A DNA stretch of 64,000 nt, taken from the IMG/VR virus record IMGVR_UViG_3300035698_035310, positions 1 to 64,000 of that record; one strand, written 5' to 3'. The notes under the pieces were generated by a model. It had not been told where the DNA came from. It saw only the letters and a list, made by a program, of their open reading frames with translations, and searched no databases. A program made the position numbers and the translations under genes. This document shows, one piece after another, positions 28,630 to 38,971 of this stretch (position 1 is the first letter of the stretch; every line of letters begins with the position of its first letter).

Positions 28630-29421
28630 TTGATAAATAGTTATATGAAATGTAAACAATGTAAAATATCATTTACCCCTATCCCACAAGCAAAAAAAGG
28701 TATATTTTGTTCGCACGATTGTCATAATGTATACCAGCGCGTAAATACTCGTGAGCAATACTTAAAAAATCCCAAACGGTGTATTTTTTGTGATGATATA
28801 ATATCATATAGAGAAAATATAAAAGTGGCGAAGTTTTGCAATAGGTCTTGCGGGGCAAAATATAATAATAAAAGACGTACAGAATGCGGATACACCCCAA
28901 GTCATAAAAAATGGTCTAGTGGTAAAATATCTGCTAAAATGTCATCAAAAATGCGCCGTGCGGATATCAAATCAAGTGTCGTGTTTGGTGATTTTACTAT
29001 AATAACATTTGCTATATGCAATATTACGAATAAACCATATGTTCTACAAACACCGCATGGTGGTATAAAGCAAATATCACCATATATTAAATCATCTAAA
29101 CAGATATATTATGAGCAAGCCAAATTTCGATTTAATGTATATGACTATCCAGATATATTTGATATAACACTTTTAGAAAAATATGGATGGTATACATGTC
29201 CCGGCAAGAAACGAAAAAATCAAAAAAAGAATATAAATGGTGTAAGTAGAGATCATATAATATCTATCAATGATGGATTTAAGAATGGGTATGATCCATA
29301 TATTTTAGCACATCCTGCTAATTGTCGATTGATTAAACAAGTGGATAATGTTAAAAAATTAGATAAATCTAATATGTCATATGACGAGTTATTGATTAAC
29401 ATAAAACAATGGAATGGATAG
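28630..29421 (+). mobile_element. Free-standing HNH-type endonuclease copy 4 (probable start ATG 28646)
   Basis: GATAAATA at 28633; CKQC, FCSHDC, FCNRSC; KFRFNVYDYP...GVSRDH...HPANC. Confidence 0.75.
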
Positions 29422-29428
29422 ACTATTC

Positions 29429-29503
29429 GCCCCTATAGTACAATGGTTAATATGATCGCCCGGTAAGCGATAGATGAAAGTTCGATTCTTTCTAGAGGCA
29501 CCA
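29429..29503 (+). tRNA. tRNA-Thr(GGT)
   Basis: atcgc-ccGGTaa-gcgat; ACCA. Confidence 0.88.
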
Positions 29504-29515
29504 ATAAATAACAAT

Positions 29516-30331
29516 ATGACAATGACACCACCAAATATTATAATTTATAGTAATCCACGTTCAGGAACCACATTGCTTCATCATACATTATTATTATTTT
29601 TTCAAGAATATTATGGTGATTATTATTGTGATTTACATGAATTCTTTACAACATCGCATATGACAACGAGACATCGTAATAATATAGATGAAATAAATTC
29701 CATTACGTATGAACAGAATAACAATATATTAATAAAGACATACAAGCCAGCAGATACCGAAAGCAATGACTTCGAAGAAGAATTGCAACAACGAATTTCA
29801 CAATGGAACAATTGTGTAATAGCTGATAACAATCAGCCGTTTATAACAAAAATATTTCACAAAAATTTGATTGATCACAATTTTTCAAATACAATATTTG
29901 ATCATTCATTAAATTTGGTTCTTGTAAGAAAAAACGTACAAGATATGATATTGAGTTTTATAATATCAAATAGCAACAATAACTGGTTTTATTATGAAAA
30001 TGAAAATATAGAAACATTGCGCGGAAGTTTGATTGGTGATATAGATATAATACGCATTCATTTGGAACGCAATAAATTATTTCTTGAAAATATACCCAAT
30101 ATACCCAATGCATTAATCATTGATTATGATGAACTTAATGACTATGAATATTTTTATCAAGTTATTATAGATATGGGCATTGTTGATATTCGTGAATTGC
30201 ATGCCATGGAAATATTTGATAACATACAGCTAAAACGTAAAATTATTCCAACACCATATACAATGGATCGTATAGATTATTTTAAGAATGCCAATGAAAT
30301 AAAAACACTCATGGATGAATATTGTTCTTGA
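29516..30331 (+). CDS. Sulfotransferase-like protein (start ATG 29516)
   Basis: IIIYSNPRSGTTLL PAPS loop; LVLVRKN....LS; IDYDEL. Confidence 0.7.
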   Translation: MTMTPPNIIIYSNPRSGTTLLHHTLLLFFQEYYGDYYCDLHEFFTTSHMTTRHRNNIDEINSITYEQNNNILIKTYKPADTESNDFEEELQQRISQWNNCVIADNNQPFITKIFHKNLIDHNFSNTIFDHSLNLVLVRKNVQDMILSFIISNSNNNWFYYENENIETLRGSLIGDIDIIRIHLERNKLFLENIPNIPNALIIDYDELNDYEYFYQVIIDMGIVDIRELHAMEIFDNIQLKRKIIPTPYTMDRIDYFKNANEIKTLMDEYCS

Positions 30332-30381
30332 CAATTTGTATCATTATGTTATTATAAACTCTTGAAATATGGAGAATTCCA

Positions 30382-31189
30382 ATGGATGATTATGATAAAA
30401 TGTTTGATAATATGATAGAAGGATTCAAATCTGGTAGATTTAATGCTAAGGATTGGAATTTTTGTATTGATATAAATCTTGCTAATAAAAAAGATGTTTA
30501 TGATGGTTATATCATGGGAACTGGTGCTGAACAATGCGCTGGTTGTAAATCGTTTTCGACAAGGGAAGAACTTGTTGATTTGTTTACCAAAGTAGGCGCA
30601 AGGTTTATAATGAATGGAGTTGGTTGATGGCACCTCATAGAGTACGACAATTGCATCGACCACGAAAAAAACCATATGGATTTGAAATATATGAAGATTC
30701 AACACCACTTAGTCTTGCCAATATTAGAAAGTGGTGCAAAAGTGTTATTGGTAATCTCGGCGAGCCACGCGGATGGTCATTAAAAGATGATACCATTTAT
30801 ATTAGAGGTCAAAAACGTGGTGGAAAACCCATGATTTATTTTATGGAAGAAAAACACGCTTTAGCATTTAAAAAAATGATAAACACAACAAATGTTGATG
30901 ATATACTTCTTTTTAAATTTATGTATTATTAATGGCAAACCGAATAAGACAAATGGTTCGCCCTAGAATAATGCCGTATGCGTTTAAAATTTATAGTGAT
31001 TTTATGGATCGACGTAATGTACATAAAGATCACAACAAACAAATGGCAATATATGGATGGGTTAAAGACACGTTTGGTGAATCTAACTATGATGTATGGA
31101 CTTCGCGGCGTGAACCCACACGATATGCAACAATGATATATTTTATGGATGATACATCCGCCATGGCATTTAAGCTGCAATGGATGTAA
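30382..31189 (+). CDS. Three small hypothetical genes (30382-30627, 30624-30932, 30932-31189); last two are paralogs with F....A.AFK motif
   Basis: YFMEEKHALAFK and YFMDDTSAMAFKLQW; same motif in 52075-52308. Confidence 0.6.
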
Positions 31190-31358
31190 ATAAAGCGTGA
31201 TGATCGGGTATCTAGTTCGATTTTTATCGGGATACCAAAATTTTTAACCCAAATAATAGGAGTTCGACATGAAAACGGGATAACTTAGCGGCGGTTTGCC
31301 GCACACATGGATTACAGCTAAAATCAAGAAATTTAAACTTTAATTAAGGAGATACACA

Positions 31359-31732
31359 ATGAGTAATGAAAACTCAAGGGTATCGCAGAAAGTTTAGACA
31401 GTATGGATAAAGCTGCGCTAAAAACACTTTCCGATACTCTTAATCGGATATGGGGAATCCCTGAACCAAGGGTCTATTATCCGAATAAACATTTCGAAAA
31501 ACCTGAACCAGTTGAACAGACAATGTTCTCAGTGTTCATTCTTGACGCTGGTCCTAAACGGATTAACGTCATTAAAGAAATCAGATCAATCTTAGGATTG
31601 ACCCTGAAAGAATCAAAGGATTTTGTTGATAATATAGACAAGAGCCTTGTTCAAGAAGACTTAGAAAAATGGGATGCAGATGCATTAGCCGAAACATTAT
31701 CAAATGTTGGAGCAACTGTTGAAGTTTCTTAA
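31359..31732 (+). pseudogene. rplL: Ribosomal protein bL12 (L7/L12) homolog; one A short at 31369-31372, or translated from ATG 31403
   Basis: C-domain F.V.I.DAGPKRINVIKEIRSILGLTLKESKDFVD...GATVEV; RBS AAGGAG before ATG 31359, and a -1 shift gives MSNEKLKGIAESLDSM N-terminal helix. Confidence 0.85.
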
Positions 31733-31844
31733 AATATACCAGTTTGGTGTCTGGGGTATAAACAAAACACCACCTTCCTCTTTCGTATAGTGGTTATGAT
31801 CTTTGTGTCGCAATCAGAGGACGATTTTTTGTGGAGGCAATTAT

Positions 31845-31928
31845 GCGCGTAGCCGGTATGTTGGTACTACCACTGGTCTTCCAAACCAGCGCGAAAGCAT
31901 TGGGGTTTGATTCCCCCTACCCGCTCCA
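31845..31928 (+). tRNA. tRNA-Gly(TCC)
   Basis: ctggt-ctTCCaa-accag; extended V loop; TCCA. Confidence 0.8.
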
Positions 31929-31933
31929 ATCAA

Positions 31934-32008
31934 GCCCCATTCGTATAGTGGTCATTATCTCTGTGTCGTACTCAGAGGACGGCAGTTCGATTCCGCCATG
32001 GGGCACCA
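31934..32008 (+). tRNA. tRNA-Thr(CGT); decayed duplicate at ~31774-31840
   Basis: tctgt-gtCGTac-tcaga; ACCA. Confidence 0.7.
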
Positions 32009-32074
32009 ATTACATATTGCATTATATCCTATTTTTTTATATAATAAATAAAAAGAACAATAGGACACGAAACT

Positions 32075-32626
32075 ATGCGCGGAACATTAGAAGTGATTAC
32101 TGGCCCAATGTTTGCCGGTAAGACGACAGAAATAATAAAACGATTATTATGGTCAAAACATCAAGGTAAATCAACAATTATATACAAACCAGCAATGGAT
32201 GATAGATATAGTGAAACTGAAATAGTTACACATACCAAATTTTCATACGAAGCAACATCCATCATTGATAGTTTTAATATCAATCCAACATACGATCATT
32301 ATTTTTTTGATGAAATACAGTTTCATGATAAAAATATTGTTCCATCTATAACTAAATTATTAGATGAAGGAAAAAATGTAACGGTGGCTGGTTTAGACGC
32401 TGATTATAAAGGTGTTGCATTTGCGAACACTGCTACGTTAATGGCGATGGCAGACGAAGTATTTAAGATAAAATCGCATTGTAGTTTATGTGGCAAAGAT
32501 GCTGCTAAAACATTTAAAACTGGTTCGACAAGCGACCAGCGCATAGAATTGGGTGAAAATGACTTATACCGTGCCAGATGTAATGAGCATTGGTATGTAT
32601 CAGGAACTGACGATAGTTTTTCTTGA
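32075..32626 (+). CDS. tdk: Thymidine kinase
   Basis: GPMFAGKTT, DEIQF, AGLD.D, CSLC...C..H. Confidence 0.95.
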   Translation: MRGTLEVITGPMFAGKTTEIIKRLLWSKHQGKSTIIYKPAMDDRYSETEIVTHTKFSYEATSIIDSFNINPTYDHYFFDEIQFHDKNIVPSITKLLDEGKNVTVAGLDADYKGVAFANTATLMAMADEVFKIKSHCSLCGKDAAKTFKTGSTSDQRIELGENDLYRARCNEHWYVSGTDDSFS

Positions 32627-32682
32627 CAATATTTTTTATATAGCATATAATGTTAGTATACAAAATTTTTAGGAGATATTAA

Positions 32683-33666
32683 ATGGATAACAACAATTAC
32701 AACGATTTAAAACAGCGTTTGGTTAATGCAGGATGTTTCGAACGAGCGACATCGCATTATGTTCTACGTATTACAGCAATTCTAATTGCTTATGTGGGAG
32801 CATATTTTGTTCTGCTTACACAGCCACTAGGATTGGTTGCAGTGGGTGCATTGATTATTGCAGCCTTTGCCAGCGTTCAGGCTGGTTTCATTTCACACGA
32901 TGCTGGTGATGGCGGTATTACATCAAATAAGATGCTATCTACCGGTATGCGACAATTCTTTTTATCGTTTGTTACTGGTGTGAGTAGTTCATATTTTCAT
33001 GCACTACATAAAGTGCATCACAAAACAATGTTTAAAGGATCATCGAAATCATCCGACACAGTTTCAGAAAATGAATACGAAGGCAAATGGTTGAAGAAAT
33101 TAGTTTCACGTGATGGTTTGTTATTCATGGTAACGATGGTTACATTACGGGGATTCACATTCAAATTTGAAAGTGTAAAATATATGCTTAAACACGCCAA
33201 TAAAACCGCCGCAGATCAACTGTTGGTGGGATTGCACGTTGTAGCATGGCTGATCGTTCCAATGATGATTATTGGACCAGTAGCCATTCTAAACTATGCA
33301 TTATTGACGTTGTTGATTGGACCTTATATCGGAACGGTATTGGTTATTAATCATGCCGGTATGGTAACAGCAAACCGACAAATGCATTTGCCTAAATTTG
33401 AACGCGTAGTAAATACTACACGCAATCTTGGTGACGGCGTTTGGAACAATCTGTTCTTCGGTGGTGTAAACAACCATATTGAACACCATTTGTTTCCGGG
33501 TGTGCCAGTGCCAAATCTAGGTGAAGCTAGAAAGATTACTGAAGCCTTTTGTGAAGAACGTGGTATTAAATACACCAAAGCTTCATATTTCAGCGCATTA
33601 ATCGAAGCCAAAGACCATTTCAAGGGTTTGTCTTCACAGAGATTAGTTGCTGAAGCACTCAACTAA
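32683..33666 (+). CDS. Fatty acid desaturase family protein
   Basis: TM helices, HDAGD, HKVHH, HIEHHLFP; own TTGACA-N17-TATAAT promoter at 32624. Confidence 0.88.
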   Translation: MDNNNYNDLKQRLVNAGCFERATSHYVLRITAILIAYVGAYFVLLTQPLGLVAVGALIIAAFASVQAGFISHDAGDGGITSNKMLSTGMRQFFLSFVTGVSSSYFHALHKVHHKTMFKGSSKSSDTVSENEYEGKWLKKLVSRDGLLFMVTMVTLRGFTFKFESVKYMLKHANKTAADQLLVGLHVVAWLIVPMMIIGPVAILNYALLTLLIGPYIGTVLVINHAGMVTANRQMHLPKFERVVNTTRNLGDGVWNNLFFGGVNNHIEHHLFPGVPVPNLGEARKITEAFCEERGIKYTKASYFSALIEAKDHFKGLSSQRLVAEALN

Positions 33667-33676
33667 GGGAAACTAT

Positions 33677-34153
33677 ATGTTTAAATTTAATGTATGTAAT
33701 TACAGTGATTCACTGTATTCAATGGACAACTATACCAAGGCTATTGGTATAGTTGATCCAGATGAAAAAGTAACACCATCAGAAAAATATCATGTTGCAC
33801 GATGCCACGATATAGTAATGCAGGAACACCCTTGGGTGGCTCCCACAATAGACCAGTTTGTCGCAATTATGAATTTTGCAGAAGATTTTACAGACGATGA
33901 TGTTGTAATGATTCATTGCTCTGCTGGTATATCACGCAGCACTGCAACTGCCATATTGTTATTAATGTTGCATGGCGCTGACGAAGAAGAAGCATTTAAT
34001 GCTGTTGAACAAAATAGACCAAACATGAATCCAAACACATTGATTCTTCGCTTTGCTGATGAATTATTAGGAATGGATGGCGGTTTGATTGAATATCATA
34101 AACAATGGATGGCGAAACGGGTTATTAAACCAGTTAGTTTCGCAGGACAATAA
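33677..34153 (+). CDS. Protein tyrosine/dual-specificity phosphatase-like (start ATG 33677)
   Basis: IHCSAGISRSTA (CX5R), RP...PN. Confidence 0.88.
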   Translation: MFKFNVCNYSDSLYSMDNYTKAIGIVDPDEKVTPSEKYHVARCHDIVMQEHPWVAPTIDQFVAIMNFAEDFTDDDVVMIHCSAGISRSTATAILLLMLHGADEEEAFNAVEQNRPNMNPNTLILRFADELLGMDGGLIEYHKQWMAKRVIKPVSFAGQ

Positions 34154-34165
34154 AAAGGAAATAAT

Positions 34166-34300
34166 ATGCATCGCGATAAATTAAAAACAGACCCAGCCAA
34201 TAAAGAGTATATTGACGGTTGGAATAGAATCTTCAATAAAAAAGAAGAAGTAGTTAAACCAAAAAAGAAAACGGCTAAGAAAAAACCTGCTAAGAAATAA
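34166..34300 (+). CDS. Small Lys-rich phage protein (44 aa)
   Basis: AAGGAA RBS; Y.DGWNRIF.KK. Confidence 0.55.
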   Translation: MHRDKLKTDPANKEYIDGWNRIFNKKEEVVKPKKKTAKKKPAKK

Positions 34301-34341
34301 AATTCTATTGACATATATCAACAATAGTGTATTATTAACTT

Positions 34342-34882
34342 ATGATAGATTTAGGATACATATTGGTAGCATTCATATGCTCTACCCCGATTGATACACC
34401 AGATGGGCACCACAAGTGCTACAGTGGTTCATACGGATGGCATGCGACTGTTAGCCAATGTAGGGCTGCTGGCAAGGAGAAGCTAGCAGTATGGGAACAG
34501 CACGGCTTACGTTTAGTCGCGGGAGTATGTAGAACACCCTTACCAGACGATGTTGAATATGAACAAGCGAGAAAAGAAAAATCATTTTAAAAGGATATTA
34601 TGAATGAATAAAATTTATGAATTTCATTGGGAAGTTGGTAGAATGGGTGACGTTGAAGGTTTGTTCGTTGCCGATGATGCTGACGTTGCTAATTTGATCG
34701 GTAAAGAAATTTACTTTGGTGAAATTCTTGGAAAACATTCCGAAGTTTATGGAACGTTGGAAAAGGGCGATCTTGTTGTGAAATCAGATGATCCAGAATT
34801 TGTTGAAAAATTCATCGAAATAATGGGTTACGGAACAGTATCTGGTTATAATCCATTTGATTATTATGATCCAGATCAATAA
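34342..34882 (+). CDS. Two hypothetical genes (34342-34590, 34604-34882)
   Basis: After promoter TTGACA ~34307. Confidence 0.6.
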
Positions 34883-34931
34883 TAAAATATAGACAAACAC
34901 TTCGTTTGGGTGTATAAATATAGAATAATAT

Positions 34932-35039
34932 TTCCAAGTAGCTCAGATGGTAGAGCGTCTGACTGTGGAACAGATGAGCCTAAAGCTTTGAAGTTCAAAT
35001 TTAATCAGAATGTCGGCGGTTCGATCCCGTCCTTGGAAG
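34932..35039 (+). tRNA. tRNA-Asn(GTT) body with 35-nt insertion in the anticodon
   Basis: tctga-ctGT[insert]Taa-tcaga; U1:A72, G73; no encoded CCA. Confidence 0.75.
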
Positions 35040-35178
35040 CAAATAAAAGTTTTAGGTCGTTCAATAAGCCATGTTTAGCGGCATGGTTAGGACAAGCGGG
35101 TATAACCGCTAAATGGTATGCTGCAATCGGGGTTAACACTTATTGCAACGAGGTGAAAATCCACCCATAGAAATCAAT

Positions 35179-35270
35179 GCCTCGGTAGCTCAGAAAAGCA
35201 ACGTAAGTTGTAGTGTAGTAGCAGGTGACTGAACCTCACCGTGTCGGTAGTTCGAATCTATCCTGGGGCA
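35179..35270 (+). tRNA. tRNA-Phe(GAA) with hairpin insertion in the D loop
   Basis: ggtga-ctGAAcc-tcacc; caac-gtaa-gttg in D loop; no CCA. Confidence 0.65.
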
Positions 35271-35314
35271 CAAATAATACAAAGGAAGATAACAATATCA
35301 AGTGAATAACATAT

Positions 35315-35390
35315 AGTTCCGTAGCTCAGTGGATAGAGCGCAACTTTGCGAAAGTTGAAGTCGGTGGTTCGATCCCACTCGGGACTGCCA
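35315..35390 (+). tRNA. tRNA-Arg(GCG)
   Basis: caact-ttGCGaa-agttg; GCCA. Confidence 0.9.
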
Positions 35391-35409
35391 ATAACGATGA
35401 GGATGTGAT

Positions 35410-35910
35410 ATGATCAGATTTTTTGATTACGAAGCAAGTGGATTGGACGCCGAGTCTTATCCTATTCAAGTTGCTTGGTGTGATGTGAATGGTGTTGGCG
35501 AATCGCATTACATTATACCAAAAGATGAATGGACATATTGGGATTTTCACGCACAACGAGATGTGCATCATATTTCCAGAAGTATGCTTTATGAACAAGG
35601 AAAGCCAGTTGAAATAATCATTGAATTAATGGAAAAGGCATTGATGTGCCGTGATGTATATTGCGATGGTGGTCACTTAGATGAACATTGGCATGAACAG
35701 TTATATGGTGATAACACCCCAACATTTTGGCTGAATGATTATTTTGCTTTTTTATATGATGTTGTAGACCCATTTAACAGAAAACCTAAATTACCGCATT
35801 TCTATACAGAAGTGCGTGCCGCTGCTAGATTAGAATGTCCACCTACGCATGATGCCTTGGCTGATTGCCAATTTCTTGCTACTGGATATAGATTAGCAAA
35901 AGCGTTATAA
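35410..35910 (+). CDS. DnaQ-like (DEDDh) 3'-5' exonuclease
   Basis: FDYEASG...D...HDALADC. Confidence 0.8.
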   Translation: MIRFFDYEASGLDAESYPIQVAWCDVNGVGESHYIIPKDEWTYWDFHAQRDVHHISRSMLYEQGKPVEIIIELMEKALMCRDVYCDGGHLDEHWHEQLYGDNTPTFWLNDYFAFLYDVVDPFNRKPKLPHFYTEVRAAARLECPPTHDALADCQFLATGYRLAKAL

Positions 35911-35914
35911 CAAT

Positions 35915-35987
35915 GCCTCCGCCGCTGGGTCGGAGTTGGGACTTCTAATCCCAAACTGGATGAGTTCGATTCTCTCCGGGGGCACCA
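35915..35987 (+). tRNA. tRNA-Arg(TCT)
   Basis: tggga-ctTCTaa-tccca; ACCA. Confidence 0.85.
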
Positions 35988-36052
35988 ATATTTCCTTGAC
36001 ATTATGATACAATTATGATACATTTATCCTTTAACAGCAAGGAGTTTGTTCA

Positions 36053-36779
36053 ATGTCTAAAAAAGCAAAAAGAGAAAACGCGGCAAAACTTATTGCTGAA
36101 AAAGTAACTGCTGCTGAAAATTTAATCAAAGACGCAGAAAAAATCGCAAATAAGTATGGTTTAAGTTTTCGCCACAGTGTTGCATATGGCATGGGTGGCG
36201 AATATGAAGGTGACAAAAATTTACGAACAGATCGTTGGGGCGACGCTGATCCAGCAGAAGATGGATGGAGTCCTAGTTCACATAGTTGTTAAGGAGATAA
36301 AATGGCAGATAAAATGACAAACGAAGAAGCAGCAAAGGCGATTTCTGAAAAAGTTTCAGAAGCATATGCTGCTATCAATGCAGCAGAATCAATAGCCGAT
36401 GAATATAAATTGGACTTTAATTTTAGTGTCGCATATGGCATGGGTGGTTATTATAACGGCGATCCAGAAGACCGCGACGACGATGATGATGAAATGAATG
36501 ATGGATGGAGTCCTAGTTCACAGGGCTGCTAACAAACGGGATTAAGCGATGACTGAATTTACAATGGAACAAGCTGCGCATGTTATTGCGTTAAATGTCG
36601 AAAAGATTAACAAACTGGCACAAGAAACTAAAAATCTTGCTAATGAGCATGGATTAGAGTTTGAATTACAATTGGGTGATACTACTGATGCGCCCTTGCA
36701 GTTTGACGAGAATTGGGATTCTAGCGACTGTGGTTATGATGACCCACCGCATTGGGATTCATCCGACTGTGAGTATTGA
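36053..36779 (+). CDS. Three tandem small paralogs (36053-36292, 36302-36532, 36549-36779) ending in W-x-(P/S)-S-(S/D)-x0-2-C
   Basis: GWSPSSHSC, GWSPSSQGC, WDSSDC twice; shared helical N-terminus. Confidence 0.75.
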
Positions 36780-36795
36780 TTGAAAGGACATCGTT

Positions 36796-37704
36796 ATGCT
36801 TTTTATTGGGTCTACTGCATTTAAACAACATCATAATTTACCGGGAATTTTACCGAAAGATATTGATGTTATGGGAACATACGAAGATGTTTCAAAGTAT
36901 GTAAAAAGTCTTCATGGTGATCTGGTTGCTGCAAGACCATTTGCGGAAGGTAAGAAATATCTTTTCGTTAAGGCTGGTGATCATAAATCACCCGAAACAA
37001 TTATTGAAGCAGAGATTGCGTGGGAAGGATCGTTAGCAGAAGAATTTATCAAATTGATGGATGATACTGCTGGACATACACGATATGCTACATTGAATGG
37101 TTTATATACCCTTAAGATGTCGCATCGATATTTGAGAAACTCGCCACATTTTTTAAAGACAATGCGTGATATTCATTTTATGAGAACACTGAAGGCTAGA
37201 ATTCCAGATGAGTTGAAGGATTTTTACAAACGGCGAATGGCAGCAACGTATGATTATTCTCATCCTAATTTGAGTGTTACGAAAAAGACATTTTTTGATG
37301 GTGATGGTATTGATTATAAATATGACCATGATTCAATCCATGAGACAGTTAAGATTGGTGAACATCCGGCTTATTGGTATTTTAAGCCAGATACAAGTGA
37401 AGTTGCGGTAAGCAAGGATTTGTTTGAAGCACTTGATTATGAATCACGAATCAATTCGGTTTTGGAAGAGGCGTATGTTCTTGCTATTGAACGTTCACAG
37501 GTTCCACATCCGGGTGTATTAACACGTAGAAAGAGTTTTGTTCTTGCATTAAATAAAGTATGCTCAAGCATTACTTCTGGATGGTGGAGAGAGTTCGCAT
37601 GGGAGAATTATGATTCTGTGTATGAACGATATGACGATTCATATATGTATCGTTTTAACGCTGGAATAGATAGTGGATTGGTAAAACCATTCAATGAGGG
37701 ATAG
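36796..37704 (+). CDS. Phage nucleotidyltransferase-like protein
   Basis: IGS.A...PKDIDV (GS..DxD), LKMSHRY, HDSIHE. Confidence 0.6.
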   Translation: MLFIGSTAFKQHHNLPGILPKDIDVMGTYEDVSKYVKSLHGDLVAARPFAEGKKYLFVKAGDHKSPETIIEAEIAWEGSLAEEFIKLMDDTAGHTRYATLNGLYTLKMSHRYLRNSPHFLKTMRDIHFMRTLKARIPDELKDFYKRRMAATYDYSHPNLSVTKKTFFDGDGIDYKYDHDSIHETVKIGEHPAYWYFKPDTSEVAVSKDLFEALDYESRINSVLEEAYVLAIERSQVPHPGVLTRRKSFVLALNKVCSSITSGWWREFAWENYDSVYERYDDSYMYRFNAGIDSGLVKPFNEG

Positions 37705-37706
37705 CA

Positions 37707-38164
37707 ATGATATATGTTTCTTTTTATAATTATTCATTGGATGCTTATGCAATAGTAGAAGCAGAAAACGTGGATATAGCAAAAGGCAAGTTTAAAAATT
37801 ATTCTACCAGTGCTGATGGTTGGAGTAGTGGCGATGTGTTAAAATTTCCTAGAGTTAGCGTTCATGGAAATCTTTATACGATAGAAACTATTGAAGCATA
37901 TATATCAGATACTCGTAGAAATTCAAAATCTATAGTTCTAATAAGGGATAAATAATGAGAGATATAAATCGCATACCAGAAATTCTAGAGGCAATATATA
38001 ATGCTTGGACTATTAATACTGAGTGTAGATTGGGACAAGTGCTTAATAATTCAATTCTTGGCAATCAGAGATTGGTTGATATTGAAGATGAGGAATTGCT
38101 TAAGGGGTTGAATGATTATTATGATAAATTAAATTTTAAGACGCATACAAAGGGTGACGTTTAG
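37707..38164 (+). CDS. Two hypothetical genes (37707-37955, 37955-38164)
   Basis: Coupled ORFs; second has MRD.NRI...L..I...W...RLGQ motif. Confidence 0.6.
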
Positions 38165-38320
38165 GACGTTAGTCTGGGGGCAGTATAACTAGCACATCAG
38201 ATACCTGTATGTAAGGGTCATTTCAAGGAATGGCTGTTGACGCAGTATTCCGAAGAGAACGACGGTTGGTTGTAGGGCTGATACTGCCTGATGGGTTCGA
38301 TTCCCGCTGTGTCACTAATT
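38165..38320 (+). ncRNA. Structured RNA with T-arm upstream of the HisRS-like gene
   Basis: catcag/ctgatg, gcagtat/atactgc, gtcatt/aatggc, ggg-ttcgatt-ccc. Confidence 0.4.
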
Positions 38321-38343
38321 AATGTAACAAAAGGAGAAAGACA

Positions 38344-38971
38344 ATGCTTAGAGGAACACGTTTGATGACTGGTGCGGAAGCATCTACATACACGAACACT
38401 GTTGACACACTACGGAGGTGTCTTCATCGATAATAATGTCGAAGAAGTTATAGTTCCGTCGTTATGGGAACAGCAGACATTTATTGATAAAGCAGGAAGT
38501 GAAATTGTAAATCAGATGTGGGCATTTGAAGATAAGAAAAATCGCCCCGTATGTTTGATACCAGAAGTTACTGGTGTTATACAAGAAATGTGGCGCGATG
38601 ATTGGAGTAAATCCAAACCAAAGCCATATTCTATTTTTTATGTGAATCGTTGTTATCGTTATGAACGACCACAGAAGGGTAGATATAGAGAATTCACACA
38701 AATCGGATTAGAAATTCTTGGTGATACATCAGGGAATGATTACGATATGGCAATTAATTTATTGCAAAAGTGTCTCGATTGTTTTACTATAGATTATAAA
38801 CTTACAGAAACGGTACAACGCGGTTTGGCGTATTATGTTGATGATGGGTTTGAAGTCGAATGTGAGAAGTTGGGCGCACAGAAGCAAATTGCTGGTGGTG
38901 GTCGATACAATGAAGGTATTGGTTGGGCTATCGGCGTTGATAGATTAATATTGGGGATTGATGATGACTAG
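38344..38971 (+). pseudogene. hisS: Minimal histidyl-tRNA synthetase catalytic core (~208 aa) with +1 frameshift near 38413-38420
   Basis: AAAGGAG RBS, MLRGTR N-terminus in one frame; YRYERPQKGRYREFTQIGLE, RGLAYY, GGGRY, GWAIGVDRL in the other. Confidence 0.8.
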
